Positions 23,660 through 24,000 of a stretch of DNA of 24,000 nt are shown here, in pieces; position 1 is the stretch's first letter; every line of letters starts with the position of its first letter. The translations under genes and the position numbers were made by a program. Source of the DNA: Bacilli bacterium (GTDB taxonomy: Bacteria; Bacillota_I; Bacilli_A; RFN20; UBA1709); NCBI GenBank assembly GCA_050949315.1, contig JBMNFL010000001.1, positions 518,241 through 542,240 of the forward strand, in the 5' to 3' direction. The notes beneath the pieces are model-generated. The model was not told the origin of the DNA. It ran no database searches and saw nothing but the letters and a program-made list of their open reading frames with translations.

Positions 23660-24000
23660 TCATGTTGTTTGCTCTTCATCAACCACAACTGCTCTTTTCT
23701 CATCTATTCTTTTAATGAGTTTTAAAAAGAAATATCCAGTGACCAAAAAGAACGTTAAACCGATAATATAAACAAAAGCTGATAAATAGGGATCAGTAAT
23801 AAAAATTTGATTGTAAAAATTATGCTCCCCGTTAAAGGCTAGCCCGAAAAATGCTGTGCCAAATATTATGTTAAGCACTATCATAATTGCAACTATCGCA
23901 TATATAATTATTGAGGCTTTAAGACAGTTCCTTACCGTTAATTCTATTCTTTTAGTTAGCAATAGATAAATACCAAATAATGCCATTGTAAGATGAGTAA
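23660..24000 (-). CDS. Seven-TM membrane protein paralog 2 (C-terminal ~113 codons; 5' end beyond the right window edge)
   Basis: The track starts it at an internal Met (23986). The frame stays open to position 24000: ..THLTMALFGIY aligns with NHFTMVLLSIY of paralog 1. The aligned C-terminal ~95 residues are about three-quarters identical by hand count. Confidence 0.8.
   Translation of the reverse strand, partial: THLTMALFGIYLLLTKRIELTVRNCLKASIIIYAIVAIMIVLNIIFGTAFFGLAFNGEHNFYNQIFITDPYLSAFVYIIGLTFFLVTGYFFLKLIKRIDEKRAVVVDEEQTT

Noticed and set aside
1-24000. Possibility of genetic code 4 (UGA = Trp), given the Mollicutes-like flavour.
   Set aside because: All long ORFs are intact under the standard code. 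Trp positions use TGG. TGA sits exactly where phoP, pstC and the Fic gene end, next to the following start codons.
1-24000. CRISPR arrays, IS elements, transposases, rRNA, prophage genes.
   Set aside because: I found no spaced short repeats, terminal inverted repeats, or transposase/integrase-like ORFs on either strand.

Overview
The window holds about 22 genes, all on the minus strand except one small plus-strand ORF. The sequence is low-GC and looks Bacillota/Mycoplasmatota-like. The genetic code is standard: TGA ends phoP, pstC and the Fic gene, and Trp is encoded by TGG. Gene order, right to left in the direction of transcription: (1) two tandem paralogous 7-TM membrane proteins, one cut by the window edge; (2) a seven-gene phosphate unit, pstS-pstC-pstA-pstB-phoU-phoP-phoR, with Pho-box-like repeats upstream and a terminator downstream; (3) an HTH-Fic (class II) gene with direct-repeat operator-like sites in its promoter; (4) an APC amino-acid permease translationally coupled to a nitroreductase; (5) a 67-aa single-TM ORF on the plus strand with near-consensus expression signals, converging on the nitroreductase; (6) a tail-anchored 154-157 aa unknown protein, a 678-aa RecB/Cas4-like + DUF2779-type nuclease-like protein and an acyl-ACP thioesterase; (7) an RDD-family membrane protein; (8) tRNA-Lys(CUU) with its own promoter and terminator; (9) an NrnA(DHH/DHHA1)-CysQ(IMPase) fusion protein overlapping a second RDD gene; (10) a CUT1-type sugar ABC operon (ATPase, two permeases, two tandem lipoprotein binding proteins) with a cre-like site in its leader. 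I found no CRISPR array, transposase, integrase, rRNA or canonical defence system. Most of the window is housekeeping. The most unusual items are the apparent circular permutation of PstS together with a ~130-aa insertion in PstA, the NrnA-CysQ fusion, the HTH-Fic gene with its operator-like repeats, the tail-anchored protein + DUF2779 nuclease pair, and the convergent small membrane ORF. Family assignments rest on motifs read by eye. No database search was possible.
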